From NCBI GenBank assembly GCA_045545475.1, contig JAZQAZ010000029.1, forward strand, positions 29,644 through 93,643: 64,000 bases of DNA, written 5' to 3'. The notes beneath the pieces are model-generated. The model worked only from the letters and a program-made list of their open reading frames with translations, did no database searches and was not told where the DNA came from. This document shows, piece after piece, positions 36,170-46,783 of the stretch. Each line of letters starts with the position of its first letter. The stretch's first letter is position 1. The translations under genes were made by a program, and so were the position numbers. The stretch comes from Clostridia bacterium. Lineage in GTDB: Bacteria > Bacillota > Clostridia > CAKSNL01 > HGM11501.

Positions 36170-38800
36170 TTACTTTCTGGGGTTCTTGATGTTTGCCTGA
36201 GCTGCAGCGAGTCTTGCAATCGGAACTCTGAAGGGAGAGCATGATACATAGTCAAGACCGATGTCATGGCAGAACTCAACGGAAACGGGGTCACCACCGT
36301 GCTCACCGCAGATACCGCAGTGAAGAGCGGGGTTAACGGGCTTACCAAGCTTGATGGACATTTCCATAAGCTTACCAACGCCTGACTGGTCGAGCTTAGC
36401 GAAGGGATCGTTTTCGAAAATCTTGTTGTCGTAGTAAGCACCTAAGAACTTACCTGCATCGTCACGAGAGAAGCCGTAGGTCATCTGTGTAAGGTCGTTT
36501 GTACCGAAGCAGAAGAAGTCAGCTTCCTTTGCGATTTCGTCAGCTGTAAGAGCAGCTCTGGGGATTTCGATCATAGTACCAACTTCGTACTCAAGGGAAA
36601 TTCCTGCATCCTTGATTTCAGCGTCAGCAGCTTCAACAACGATGTTCTTAACGAACTTCATTTCCTTAACTTCGCCTGTAAGAGGAATCATGATTTCAGG
36701 CTTAATTGCCCAATCAGGATGAGCCTTCTTAACGTTGATTGCAGCACGGATAACAGCCTTTGTCTGCATCTTAGCGATTTCGGGATAGGTTACTGCAAGA
36801 CGGCATCCACGATGTCCCATCATGGGGTTGAACTCATGAAGAGATGCGATGATTGCCTTAATGTCTTCAACAGTCTTGCCCTGTGCCTCTGCAAGAGCCT
36901 TTATGTCAGCTTCCTCTGTGGGAACGAATTCATGCAGAGGAGGATCTAAGAATCTGATTGTTACGGGGTTACCGCCGAGAGCCTCGTAAAGAGCCTCAAA
37001 GTCGCCCTGCTGATAGGGAAGAATCTTTTCAAGAGCAGCTTCTCTCTCCTCAACAGTGTCGGAGCAGATCATTTCTCTGAATGCAGCAATTCTGTCTGCT
37101 TCAAAGAACATATGCTCTGTACGGCAAAGACCGATACCTTCAGCACCAAGCTCAACTGCCTTCTTAGCGTCAGCAGGAGTATCAGCGTTTGTACGAACCT
37201 TAAGTGTTCTGTACTCATCAGCCCAAGCCATAATTCTGCCGAATTCGCCAGCGATTTCAGCGTCAACTGTGGGGATGATACCGTCATAGATGTTACCGGT
37301 AGAACCGTCGATGGAGATTTCGTCTCCTTCGTGGAAGGTCTTACCAGCTAAAGTGAACTTCTTGTTCTCTTCGTCCATATTGATGTCGCCGCAACCGGAT
37401 ACGCAGCAAGTACCCATACCACGAGCAACAACGGCAGCGTGGCTTGTCATACCGCCACGAACTGTTAAGATACCCTGAGCAGCCTTCATACCTGTGATAT
37501 CTTCGGGAGAGGTCTCAAGTCTTACAAGAACAACCTTTTCTCCTCTTTCATTCCAAGCCACAGCGTCTTCAGCTGTGAATACAACCTTACCGCAAGCAGC
37601 ACCGGGAGAAGCACCTAAGCCCTTACCCATGGGAGTTGCAGCCTTCAATGCCTTAGCATCGAACTGGGGGTGTAAAAGAGTATCCAAGTTTCTGGGATCG
37701 ATCATAGCAACAGCCTTTTCTTCTGTGATCATACCCTCGTCAACTAAGTCACAAGCAATCTTAAGAGCAGCCTTAGCGGTTCTCTTACCGTTTCTTGTCT
37801 GAAGCATATAGAGCTTGCCGTGTTCAACGGTGAACTCCATATCCTGCATGTCTCTGTAGTGATCTTCGAGTGTTGCACAAACCTTGTTGAACTCATCGAA
37901 TGCTTCGGGGAACTTTTCTGCCATTTCAGCGATAGGCATGGGAGTACGAACACCTGCAACAACGTCTTCACCCTGTGCATTTGTTAAGAACTCACCCATA
38001 AGGCCCTTTTCGCCTGTAGCGGGGTCACGTGTGAATGCAACACCTGTACCGCAATCGTCACCCATGTTACCGAATGCCATCATCTGTACGTTAACGGCAG
38101 TACCCCAAGAATAGGGAATGTCGTTGTCACGACGGTATACGTTAGCTCTGGGGTTGTCCCAGGAACGGAATACGGCTTCAACAGCACCCATTAACTGCTC
38201 AATGGGATCAGTGGGGAAGACCTTACCAATCTTATTCTTGTATTCAGCCTTGAACTGAGAAGCAAGTGTCTTTAAGTCGTCAGCTGTAAGCTCAACGTCC
38301 TGCTTAACGCCCTTTTCTTCCTTCATCTTGTCGATAAGCTCTTCAAAATACTTCTTACCAACTTCCATAACTACGTCAGAATACATCTGGATGAATCTTC
38401 TGTAGCAGTCCCAAGCCCATCTGGGGTTGCCAGAAGCAGTTGCCATATATTCAACAACTTCTTCGTTAAGACCGAGGTTAAGGATTGTGTCCATCATACC
38501 GGGCATGGAAGCTCTTGCACCGGAACGAACGGAAACGAGTAAGGGATTAGTCTTATCGCCGAACTTCTTTCCGCAGATTTCTTCCATTTTTGTGATGTAT
38601 TCAAGGATCTGAGCCTTGATATCATCGTTGATCTTTCTGCCGTCCTCATAGTACTGAGTACAAGCTTCAGTTGTAACTGTGAAGCCCTGGGGAACGGGAA
38701 GACCGATCTTTGTCATTTCAGCAAGGTTAGCGCCTTTACCACCGAGAAGTTCTCTCATAGACGCGTCGCCTTCTTTGAACAAGTAAACAAACTTTGTCAT
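36170..38800 (-). CDS. ppdK: pyruvate, phosphate dikinase
   Basis: LGGKGANLAEM, SVRSGARASMPGMMDT, GGMTSHAAVVAR, GTNDLTQ, GICGEHGG. Confidence 0.97.
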   Translation of the reverse strand: MTKFVYLFKEGDASMRELLGGKGANLAEMTKIGLPVPQGFTVTTEACTQYYEDGRKINDDIKAQILEYITKMEEICGKKFGDKTNPLLVSVRSGARASMPGMMDTILNLGLNEEVVEYMATASGNPRWAWDCYRRFIQMYSDVVMEVGKKYFEELIDKMKEEKGVKQDVELTADDLKTLASQFKAEYKNKIGKVFPTDPIEQLMGAVEAVFRSWDNPRANVYRRDNDIPYSWGTAVNVQMMAFGNMGDDCGTGVAFTRDPATGEKGLMGEFLTNAQGEDVVAGVRTPMPIAEMAEKFPEAFDEFNKVCATLEDHYRDMQDMEFTVEHGKLYMLQTRNGKRTAKAALKIACDLVDEGMITEEKAVAMIDPRNLDTLLHPQFDAKALKAATPMGKGLGASPGAACGKVVFTAEDAVAWNERGEKVVLVRLETSPEDITGMKAAQGILTVRGGMTSHAAVVARGMGTCCVSGCGDINMDEENKKFTLAGKTFHEGDEISIDGSTGNIYDGIIPTVDAEIAGEFGRIMAWADEYRTLKVRTNADTPADAKKAVELGAEGIGLCRTEHMFFEADRIAAFREMICSDTVEEREAALEKILPYQQGDFEALYEALGGNPVTIRFLDPPLHEFVPTEEADIKALAEAQGKTVEDIKAIIASLHEFNPMMGHRGCRLAVTYPEIAKMQTKAVIRAAINVKKAHPDWAIKPEIMIPLTGEVKEMKFVKNIVVEAADAEIKDAGISLEYEVGTMIEIPRAALTADEIAKEADFFCFGTNDLTQMTYGFSRDDAGKFLGAYYDNKIFENDPFAKLDQSGVGKLMEMSIKLGKPVNPALHCGICGEHGGDPVSVEFCHDIGLDYVSCSPFRVPIARLAAAQANIKNPRK

Positions 38801-38942
38801 TGGTTTTTACCTCCTAATTATAATTTAACATATCAATAATACACTAAAATCAAAAAAATTTCCACCCTTTTTTGAAAAAAGACTTAATTTTTTTTAATCC
38901 GTGTATCTTTTTTATCATCTTTTACCAAATATTTGTCTTTTT

Positions 38943-39692
38943 TTATTGCATTTTTACCAATTTTTTAAAATAATCAAGGGTTTTCATATGCTCTGCCACG
39001 TGGCAGGAAATAAAGCTCTCTGTGTAAAGAGTTGCTTGCAAAAGCGTAGGCTCATCTACCTCAATCTTAAAAAGTCCCCGAACAAATGGAGCCTTTAATA
39101 TGTAGTCCATAAAAGATGCTGCTCTTGTTCCTTCTGCCTTTAATCCGAGAAGTGACGCACATCTTCTGCAAAGAACCCCTCCCTGTATGGAACTGAAGGC
39201 AAAGGGGCCTTCTTCGCTTTCACAGCTTACGCATGAAGAAACACGAGGTTCAAAACCGGACTCCTTAAGAATCTTAAGGTCATAGATTATTTTAAGAATA
39301 TTTATATCACTCGCTTCATCCTGAAGCATATAAAGACAATTTAATAAAATTTTAAGCCCCATTCCCATATCTTCGGGAGCAAGGTGTCCCGCCAGGTCTG
39401 CCATGTAAATTCCCAGAGCAAGTCTTACACAGTCATCCCGGAGATGATAAAAGCTTTCGATGCAATCAGATGAGCTTAAGGAATAGACATCACCCTTCGG
39501 CTGATTTAAGACAAATTCGCCGAAACAGAGCAGCTCACACGCTGCTCTGTTTTTACTTTTCATACTTCTTACGCCCTTGGCACTCACTGAAATTTTTCCG
39601 AGTTCTCCTGTTAAGAGCGTAAGCATTTTATCATAATCACCAAAGTTTACCTGCCTTATTACAAGGCCCTTTACTTTTATCGGTTCTGCCAC
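38943..39692 (-). CDS. recO: DNA repair protein RecO
   Basis: GLVIR...GDYDKMLTLLT..GKI..AKG; zinc-binding Cys pairs; downstream of era. Confidence 0.92.
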   Translation of the reverse strand: MAEPIKVKGLVIRQVNFGDYDKMLTLLTGELGKISVSAKGVRSMKSKNRAACELLCFGEFVLNQPKGDVYSLSSSDCIESFYHLRDDCVRLALGIYMADLAGHLAPEDMGMGLKILLNCLYMLQDEASDINILKIIYDLKILKESGFEPRVSSCVSCESEEGPFAFSSIQGGVLCRRCASLLGLKAEGTRAASFMDYILKAPFVRGLFKIEVDEPTLLQATLYTESFISCHVAEHMKTLDYFKKLVKMQ

Positions 39693-39774
39693 GCTCTTCC
39701 CTCCTTTTCCCTTTTTCCTTCATAAAAAGATAATCGGAAATTTTTCCGCTTTTATAAAAATTTCTTTCTTCCAT
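39637..39774 (-). CDS. YqzL-like small protein
   Basis: Manual translation MEERNFYKSGKISDYLFMKE... (F..[ST]G.I..YL motif), GGAGG RBS, canonical position between era and recO. Confidence 0.55.
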   Translation of the reverse strand: MEERNFYKSGKISDYLFMKEKGKRREERGRTDKSKGPCNKAGKLW

Positions 39775-39827
39775 GGTGCACCTCCGCTTTTATTTTGCGA
39801 AGAACACACTCTTAGTATTTAAGGAAT

Positions 39828-40721
39828 TTACTTCCTTTCAAAGCCGAGCGTTTTCAAATCACTCATGCTGTTACGCCAGTCGGGACGTACCTTTACCCAT
39901 AATTTCAGGAACACCTTTTTGCCGAAAAACTTTTCCATATCGCTCCTTGCATAACTTCCCACTCTTTTTAAGGCTTCTCCGCCCTTGCCGATAATTATGG
40001 ATTTATGGGAGTTTTTCTCGCAGTAAATTGCCGCCTCAATACGAAGCAGGTCCTCCCCGTCGGAAAATTTTTCAATTTCTACCGCTGTTCCGTGAGGAAC
40101 TTCCTTATCAAAGAGTCTCAAGATTTTCTCTCTTATCATCTCCGCCGCAATATCCTTTTCGGGCATATCCGTCATCTGATCCTCGGGGTAGTACATCGGA
40201 CCTTCTGGTATGAGCTTCAATACTTCCGAAATAACCTTGTCCGCACTTTCCTTAAGTGCCGACATAGGAATTACCGCAGAAAAATCGCAAAGAGCTGTAT
40301 ATTCCGCAATAACCGGAAGGATTGCATCCTTCGATGCCGCATCCGCCTTATTAAGCACCAGTATTGCAGGGATTTCTCTTGCCTTAAGCTGTTTTATAAG
40401 CTCCTTTTCGGTTTCTCCGGGAGCCTTATCGCACTCGGCAACAAGAATTGCAGCATCCACATCGGTGATTGTTTCCGTAACCACACGGTTCATAAATTCG
40501 CCAAGACGGTTTTTCGGTTTGTGAACGCCCGGAGTATCAACAAATATAAGCTGATAATCGTCTGTGGTTTTAATTGTAAGAATAGAACTCCTTGTGGTTT
40601 GCGGCTTATTCGAAACGATGGCAAGCTTGTCTCCTGTTATTTTGTTAAGCAATGTACTTTTTCCGGTATTCGGACGGCCTACAATTGCCACAAAGCCTGA
40701 CTTGAATATATTTTCGCTCAT
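39828..40721 (-). CDS. era: GTPase Era
   Basis: GRPNTGKS, PQTTR, DTPG, NKAD, KH motif IIIGKGG. Confidence 0.96.
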   Translation of the reverse strand: MSENIFKSGFVAIVGRPNTGKSTLLNKITGDKLAIVSNKPQTTRSSILTIKTTDDYQLIFVDTPGVHKPKNRLGEFMNRVVTETITDVDAAILVAECDKAPGETEKELIKQLKAREIPAILVLNKADAASKDAILPVIAEYTALCDFSAVIPMSALKESADKVISEVLKLIPEGPMYYPEDQMTDMPEKDIAAEMIREKILRLFDKEVPHGTAVEIEKFSDGEDLLRIEAAIYCEKNSHKSIIIGKGGEALKRVGSYARSDMEKFFGKKVFLKLWVKVRPDWRNSMSDLKTLGFERK

Positions 40722-40730
40722 ATTTACCTC

Positions 40731-41204
40731 TTATTCTCTCGGCAGATTCATTGCCGCTAAAATCTTTTTCTCTTTCGCCTGCATTTCTTCTCTTTCTTCA
40801 TCTTCCATATGGTCATAGCCAAGAAGGTGGAGCATGGAATGTACTGTCAGAAATCCAACCTCACGTCTTTCAGAATGTCCGTATTCTTTCGCCTGTTCAG
40901 CTGCACGTTCCAGGGAAATAACAATATCACCGAGAAGAAGGTTTTCGCCGTTATAGGTTAAGCTGTCCTCATATATGCACCTATCTTCGTCAAAGGAAAG
41001 CTGTGGAAATGACAAAACATCCGTCGGACCGACTCTATGCATATATTCTTCATTAAGCTCCGCAATTTCTGAATTAGTGCAAAGAGTTACGCTTATTTCG
41101 CAGTTTTCATCCATGTCTTCTTCTGCTAAAGATGCTTTTACCGCAAGCTCAATAATATCGTCAAAGGCCGTTTCGTCAAGAGTCCTTTCTATCAGAAGAT
41201 TCAT
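40731..41204 (-). CDS. ybeY: rRNA maturation endoribonuclease YbeY
   Basis: TDVLSFP, LGDIVIS, HSMLHLLGYDH. Confidence 0.95.
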   Translation of the reverse strand: MNLLIERTLDETAFDDIIELAVKASLAEEDMDENCEISVTLCTNSEIAELNEEYMHRVGPTDVLSFPQLSFDEDRCIYEDSLTYNGENLLLGDIVISLERAAEQAKEYGHSERREVGFLTVHSMLHLLGYDHMEDEEREEMQAKEKKILAAMNLPRE

Positions 41205-43221
41205 CTTCCTTTTCCTCCTTTTCGTCATACTTTATTCTTTTATGGAAATGGCTTCCAAGCATGGAAACAAAGGCGTTTATAATCTCGCCCAGTTCACGGA
41301 ATGAAAGGTCGCAATCGTCAAGCTCTCCCTCTGCCATTCTGTGCTTTACTATTTTTGTTACCATGGCACGGATTGATTCTTCCGTTTTGTCATCCAGGCT
41401 CCTGACAGCCGCCTCGCAGGAATCGGCAAGCATTACTATTCCCGCTTCCTTGGATTCCGGCTTAGGACCGGGATATCTGAACTCGTCTTCCCTTGCTTCG
41501 GGATTTAATTCCAGAGCCTTTTTATAGAAAAATCCCGTCAGTGTTTCGCCGTGATGCTGTGCAATAATGTTCCTTATATCTTTCGGAAGGCGATACTGTC
41601 TTGCAATTTCAAGACCATCATCCACATGACTTCTAAGTACCTTTGCGGATTCTGCCGGCATAAGAGCATCGTGGGGATTATCACCCATCTGATTTTCAAA
41701 GAAATAACCGGGACGGCGAAGCTTTCCGATATCATGATAATAAGCCGCCACTCTGGCAAGCTGGTTGTTTGCACCTATTCTTATACACGCCGCTTCGGCC
41801 AAATTTCCCACCATCAGACAATGATGATAAGTTCCCGGAGCTTCAAACATAAGCCTTTTTAACAAAGGTTTTTCGGGGTTTCCCAAATCGTTTAGCTTAA
41901 AGGGGGTTATTATATTGAATATGTTTTCAAATATGGGCGTTGTGCCTATGGTAAGAACAGAAGATATAAGGCCGTTTATTCCGCCCATAGCCGCAGTTTT
42001 CATTACAACATCAGCACTTTTTCCGGTTATCAGCATTGCCATTGATGCACAAAGTATGCCGGAGGCTATGGAATAAGCCATTGCCTTTGCATAGCCGGAT
42101 ACGCCCTCCACCTTTTTGAATATCATGGCTGCTATTGTGGAAAAGGTTATCATTGTTATAATAAAATCTTCCGTCTGACCGAGCATAATTGCCGCCGAAA
42201 AGCAAAGATATATGCTCACGATTGAAGAAAGCCTTGCACTCACAAATGTAGCCATAAGGATGGCACAGAACGGAAGCGGTACAAGATAAACATATTCCTT
42301 TGGCACGGAACGCATTATAAAAACAATGAGAAGCATAAGCACCGGAAGCACACATGCCATAATAATTTTTTCCTGAGAAAACCTCTTTCTTTCCGATTTA
42401 AGCATTATGTAATAAACCGAAACGGCATAGGACGCCAACATAAGAATAAGAATTCCCACGGCGTATTTTATATTGATATGGCTTGCACCCTTTAATACGC
42501 CCATGTCGGAAAGAAGAGATATATGAGCATCGCTTATAACCTCTCCGCGTCTTACAATAATCTGATTTTTCTTATATACGGTGGGCTCTACAAGCTTTCT
42601 GGCTTTTTCTCTTTCCACTTCTGTAAGCTCTGCATTGAATTCTTCGTTGATTTTTGTATAACCTCTAAAGAATTCATCCGCCACCTTCTTTTTGGCAAGA
42701 GAGGTCTCTTTCGCAAGGAAAAGAGTTTCCATCTGTAAAAGAGATTCATCAATGTCAATTACACCCTTGTCCATTATTTCAGAAAAAACCTCACGGACAT
42801 TCTGGGAAAAAAGGCTGTATTCGGAAGAATCCATAGTGAGAAGATAGGATATTGCGTCATCAGAAAGCGAAATATCTATATCCTCCTTTATAAAGCTTAT
42901 CTTTCCTGTCAGGGCAAGCTCCATGTTTCTTGCTTCGGTTATGGCCGCAAAAGAGCTTTGAAGCCTTGAAAGCTGATCTTCATTTACCTGAAAGTTTACG
43001 GTATATTGATTTTCCACCTGATTTGCCGCAGCATCTTTTCTTCTCTGCGTTGTCACTTTATCCTCAATTTCACGGGTGGCATAAATATCCTCTGTACAAA
43101 CCTCGCCGGCAGAATAGTCATAGCTCTGGGGCACGGCGGAAGTAAGAATTATCAGGAAGGACAAAACAAAGGAAATGCCCAATGCAAGAAAAACTTTAAG
43201 ATTATTTTTAACTCTTATCAT
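41176..43221 (-). CDS. 7TM-HDIG phosphohydrolase (PgpH/YqfF-like c-di-AMP phosphodiesterase)
   Basis: EAPGTYHH, YHDIGK, HHGE, LADSCEAA. Confidence 0.9.
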   Translation of the reverse strand: MIRVKNNLKVFLALGISFVLSFLIILTSAVPQSYDYSAGEVCTEDIYATREIEDKVTTQRRKDAAANQVENQYTVNFQVNEDQLSRLQSSFAAITEARNMELALTGKISFIKEDIDISLSDDAISYLLTMDSSEYSLFSQNVREVFSEIMDKGVIDIDESLLQMETLFLAKETSLAKKKVADEFFRGYTKINEEFNAELTEVEREKARKLVEPTVYKKNQIIVRRGEVISDAHISLLSDMGVLKGASHINIKYAVGILILMLASYAVSVYYIMLKSERKRFSQEKIIMACVLPVLMLLIVFIMRSVPKEYVYLVPLPFCAILMATFVSARLSSIVSIYLCFSAAIMLGQTEDFIITMITFSTIAAMIFKKVEGVSGYAKAMAYSIASGILCASMAMLITGKSADVVMKTAAMGGINGLISSVLTIGTTPIFENIFNIITPFKLNDLGNPEKPLLKRLMFEAPGTYHHCLMVGNLAEAACIRIGANNQLARVAAYYHDIGKLRRPGYFFENQMGDNPHDALMPAESAKVLRSHVDDGLEIARQYRLPKDIRNIIAQHHGETLTGFFYKKALELNPEAREDEFRYPGPKPESKEAGIVMLADSCEAAVRSLDDKTEESIRAMVTKIVKHRMAEGELDDCDLSFRELGEIINAFVSMLGSHFHKRIKYDEKEEKEDESSDRKDS

Positions 43222-44204
43222 TTATTTTTCCTTTCGGCAGCTTTTGCCGCCTTTTCCCTTTCGTATTTCTCATAGCTCGTTATTATTTTCTGAACAAGAG
43301 GATGACGGACAACGTCCTTCTCCGAAAGGCCCACAAATGAAATACCCTCGATATTCCTGAGCACCTTCATCGCCTCTTTAAGTCCCGATGTTTTTCCGTC
43401 GGGAAGGTCAATCTGCGTTATATCTCCCGTTACGATTACCCTTGAGCCAAAGCCTATTCTTGTAAGAAACATTTTCATTTGTTCGGGCGTGGTGTTCTGT
43501 GCTTCGTCAAGAATTATAAAAGCGTCATCAAGGGTTCTTCCGCGCATATATGCAAGCGGTGCAACCTCAATCTGTCCTCGCTCCTGATATTTCTGATAGG
43601 CTTCAACGCCCATCATTTCGTACATCGCATCGTATAAAGGCCTTAAGTAGGGGTCAACCTTCATCTGCAAATCACCGGGCAAAAATCCAAGCTTTTCTCC
43701 CGCTTCCACAGCAGGACGGGTCAAAATAATTCTGCTCACTTCTTTTTTGCGGAAAGCCTCCACTGCCATTGCCACCGCCAGGAAGGTTTTACCCGTTCCG
43801 GCCGGGCCTATTCCGAAGCAGATGGGATTTTCTTTTATTGCTTTTATATATTCCTTTTGCCCCAAAGTTTTAGCCTTTATCGGCTTACCTTTTGAAGTAA
43901 TGCAGATAAAATCTCCATTAAGCGAAACTATTCCAGATGCAGAGCCTTCTCTTGCCATGGCGATACAATAGCGTATTCCCTGCTCGGTTAAAGACTCATT
44001 ATTTTTAAGAACGCTCATCATAGCACCGATTGCCTCGTAAGCAGCATTCACATTTTCCTCAGCACCCATGATTTTAAGCATGTTCCCCCTGTTTATTATC
44101 TGCACATTAAGTTCATGCTCCACGAGCTTGATATTAAAATCAAAGCTTCCGAAAAGCTCGGAGACCTTTGACATATCTTCAATTTCGTAATTTCTTTCCA
44201 CCAT
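43218..44204 (-). CDS. phoH: PhoH-family ATPase
   Basis: GPAGTGKT, RPAVEAGEKLGFLPG, YMRGRTL, DEAQN. Confidence 0.93.
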   Translation of the reverse strand: MVERNYEIEDMSKVSELFGSFDFNIKLVEHELNVQIINRGNMLKIMGAEENVNAAYEAIGAMMSVLKNNESLTEQGIRYCIAMAREGSASGIVSLNGDFICITSKGKPIKAKTLGQKEYIKAIKENPICFGIGPAGTGKTFLAVAMAVEAFRKKEVSRIILTRPAVEAGEKLGFLPGDLQMKVDPYLRPLYDAMYEMMGVEAYQKYQERGQIEVAPLAYMRGRTLDDAFIILDEAQNTTPEQMKMFLTRIGFGSRVIVTGDITQIDLPDGKTSGLKEAMKVLRNIEGISFVGLSEKDVVRHPLVQKIITSYEKYEREKAAKAAERKNK

Positions 44205-44224
44205 GGAAAATCATCCTTTCGGCA

Positions 44225-45388
44225 TTAATCTTTCTTTTGTTCCAGTGCTATATCTTCAACGCATTCAAAAACCACCGTAACAGCAGTTTTTGAGTCGCTT
44301 AGTTTTTCAGTTTTAAGGTGTGTGCTTTTAACCGAAACTCCGGAAGGAAGCTTTTTTTGATATTCCTCAACAATCTCCCTTTCGGCATCTTTTAAAGCCT
44401 TTTCCTCATCAACTGTTATTTTATCTTTCAGAATTTCTTTATATTCTGTTTTTATAACTTTAACAGGCAGGGAAATTTCTCCAAAAAGCTTAAGGTTATC
44501 CTCTTCTTTTTCCGTCTCGTAATTTTCAAAGGGTGCTTTTCCGAGAAGTCGAAAGCTCATTCCAAAGTTTCCTATAACAATACTGTAGTAGCTTTTTTCC
44601 TTCCCCGTATATGTAATTATCTCCTTCTCAGAGGAAACATTTTTGCTTTCTTCCGTCCAGTATGAAGCCAAAACCTCCCCCATTGCATGAACCGGAGGAA
44701 AGCCTTCCTTTTCGGATGAAATAAGTATCTGTCCCTTTACAACGCTGTCCCCCTCGCTAACCATTGCCCACCCACGTTTTACGGTTATATCCGAAATTAT
44801 TCCGCTACGTTTGGCAATAACGTCGCAAGGCTCTTTCGTATCAAAAGGTTTTGCCGCCATATCTTTTTCCCTTACGTGAATATAACATACCGTGCCTTTT
44901 ATTTCAGGCCATATCCACGAAAGTCTCGGCTCATATAAAAGTGCTTTTTCGCTGAAACTCTTTTCATCCACATTATATTTTACCACACCTTGACGCAATC
45001 CGCAATAGGAAGCTAAAATTTTTATTTCTTCTTTCGTAAGTTTTTCGTTTCCGTCAATGCGTATTGACCATATAAAGGAATTAAGTATGCATATAACGGC
45101 CAAAAATGTTGCTGCACCCCAAAGCAGGATTTTCCTTTTTGCCATCCTTTTCACGAAGAATGGGAAGCCTGCTTTTTTAATTATTTTCACCTTGCATCCC
45201 GCCCTGTATGCAGGAATTGTCATTTTCCGGAAAGCCTTAATTGATGTTACAAGGGTTATTCCGTTTTCGCTTTTAACAACATCCTTAATACAAAGTCCTC
45301 TTTTTGCACATAAGTTGACAAAGCGTTCCGGATATTTTCCTGTAACGGATAAAACAAGATACCCGGAAAGCCGTCCTGAAAGTTCCAT
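44225..45388 (-). CDS. yqfD: sporulation protein YqfD
   Basis: G.YPERFVN...G.PF, conserved position upstream of phoH. Confidence 0.85.
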   Translation of the reverse strand: MELSGRLSGYLVLSVTGKYPERFVNLCAKRGLCIKDVVKSENGITLVTSIKAFRKMTIPAYRAGCKVKIIKKAGFPFFVKRMAKRKILLWGAATFLAVICILNSFIWSIRIDGNEKLTKEEIKILASYCGLRQGVVKYNVDEKSFSEKALLYEPRLSWIWPEIKGTVCYIHVREKDMAAKPFDTKEPCDVIAKRSGIISDITVKRGWAMVSEGDSVVKGQILISSEKEGFPPVHAMGEVLASYWTEESKNVSSEKEIITYTGKEKSYYSIVIGNFGMSFRLLGKAPFENYETEKEEDNLKLFGEISLPVKVIKTEYKEILKDKITVDEEKALKDAEREIVEEYQKKLPSGVSVKSTHLKTEKLSDSKTAVTVVFECVEDIALEQKKD

Positions 45389-45398
45389 AAGTTTCCTC

Positions 45399-45665
45399 CT
45401 ATATAAATTCCACGTTTCTGATTTTTCCTGTAACAGAAATTATTTCATCCGTTATTCCAGATAGGCAAAGGTCCTCTCCATTTATTTTAATTATTGCATT
45501 TTTTGTATTTATCTTTATGCATCCGTCGTCATAGCTTATAATTCCTATATGATTTTCTATGTAACAGGAAAAATTCCCGGACATTGTTATATAAGGCACA
45601 TCAAGCAAAACTTCTCCCGGTATTCCGGAGCCGGTCAACGCCTTTAAAATTTTATCTTTCTTCAA
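45399..45665 (-). CDS. yqfC: YabP/YqfC-family sporulation protein
   Basis: IENH.GI..Y...I.I.T...I.G..L motif; upstream of yqfD. Confidence 0.8.
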   Translation of the reverse strand: MKKDKILKALTGSGIPGEVLLDVPYITMSGNFSCYIENHIGIISYDDGCIKINTKNAIIKINGEDLCLSGITDEIISVTGKIRNVEFI

Positions 45666-45751
45666 AGAAATGCCCCCTTTTTCACATATTATGCAAAAAA
45701 CTCCTTCTTATTACAGTATGTCCCACATATAAATGTAAAAGGAGTGATTTT

Positions 45752-46774
45752 ATGAAGAAGTTTTATTCCGTATTCCCCCTATTTCTTATATCGCTGCTCT
45801 TCGTCCTTCCGTTTTTATCCAGCCATATAAAAGATGCCGTGTCCGGCGGAATAAGAACATGCCTGTCTGAGCTTATTCCATCACTTTTTCCCTTTTTGTT
45901 TTTATCTTCTCTCACCTCGTATTTTGCATCACCTTTAATGTCACATTTTCTCGCTCCTGTTTTATGTCCGCTTTTGGGCATAACTCCACCTTCAATCCCT
46001 GCTGTAATTTCAGGAATTTTGGGTGGCTTTCCCTCCGGTGCCGCAGAAAGTGCAAGGCTCTATTCAGAAAGAAAAATTTCAAAGGAGGAGGCAGAGCGAC
46101 TTCCCCTCTTCTGCAACAACGCAGGCCTTATGTTTACCGTGGGCACCATAGGAGCAGGTCACTTTTCCTCCTTCAAGGCAGGACTGATCCTTTACTTTTT
46201 CCACATTTTTTCATCTGTAATCTGTGCTGTTTTGACAAGGGACAATAAAGGAAAATCCGTCCGCTATACCAAAGAACCCTATTCTCCCGTACCGCTTTCA
46301 AGGTTTCCTGAGCTTTTTACAAAAGCCTTGAAAAACTCCGTATGTGCAATGGCCATGATCTCGGGAAGTTTTATTGTTTTCAGTGTTTTTACATCTCTGC
46401 TGTTTTTAACTTTCGGAAAAACTCCCCATGTTTGTTTCATAGCAGGACTTTTCGAAGTTACAGGCGGACTTCTCGCAATGAAAGAAAATTCAGCGGGCCT
46501 TATCCTTTCTGCATTTCTACTGTCCTTTAACGGCTTTTGTGTACATATGCAGTCAATGTCTTTTTTTGCACCGCTGAAACTTTCAATGAAAAAATGCATT
46601 CTCGGAAAAATATTTTGCGCTTTTCTTTCAGCCTTCTTGATGTATATTTCCCTTCCGAAAAACTTTATGCCGAAAGAAGGCTTTCCGCCAATGGCGTTTT
46701 ACATTGTCACCCTCCTTCTTCCGCTTGTATTTTTTATTCCTTACATAAAAAAGAGAGCATCAGACCGTGTCTGA
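45752..46774 (+). CDS. ylbJ: YlbJ-like sporulation membrane protein
   Basis: LIPSLFPF, GGFPSGA, FCNN.G, GLFEVTGG, G.CVH.Q. Confidence 0.8.
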   Translation: MKKFYSVFPLFLISLLFVLPFLSSHIKDAVSGGIRTCLSELIPSLFPFLFLSSLTSYFASPLMSHFLAPVLCPLLGITPPSIPAVISGILGGFPSGAAESARLYSERKISKEEAERLPLFCNNAGLMFTVGTIGAGHFSSFKAGLILYFFHIFSSVICAVLTRDNKGKSVRYTKEPYSPVPLSRFPELFTKALKNSVCAMAMISGSFIVFSVFTSLLFLTFGKTPHVCFIAGLFEVTGGLLAMKENSAGLILSAFLLSFNGFCVHMQSMSFFAPLKLSMKKCILGKIFCAFLSAFLMYISLPKNFMPKEGFPPMAFYIVTLLLPLVFFIPYIKKRASDRV

Positions 46775-46783
46775 TGCTTTCTT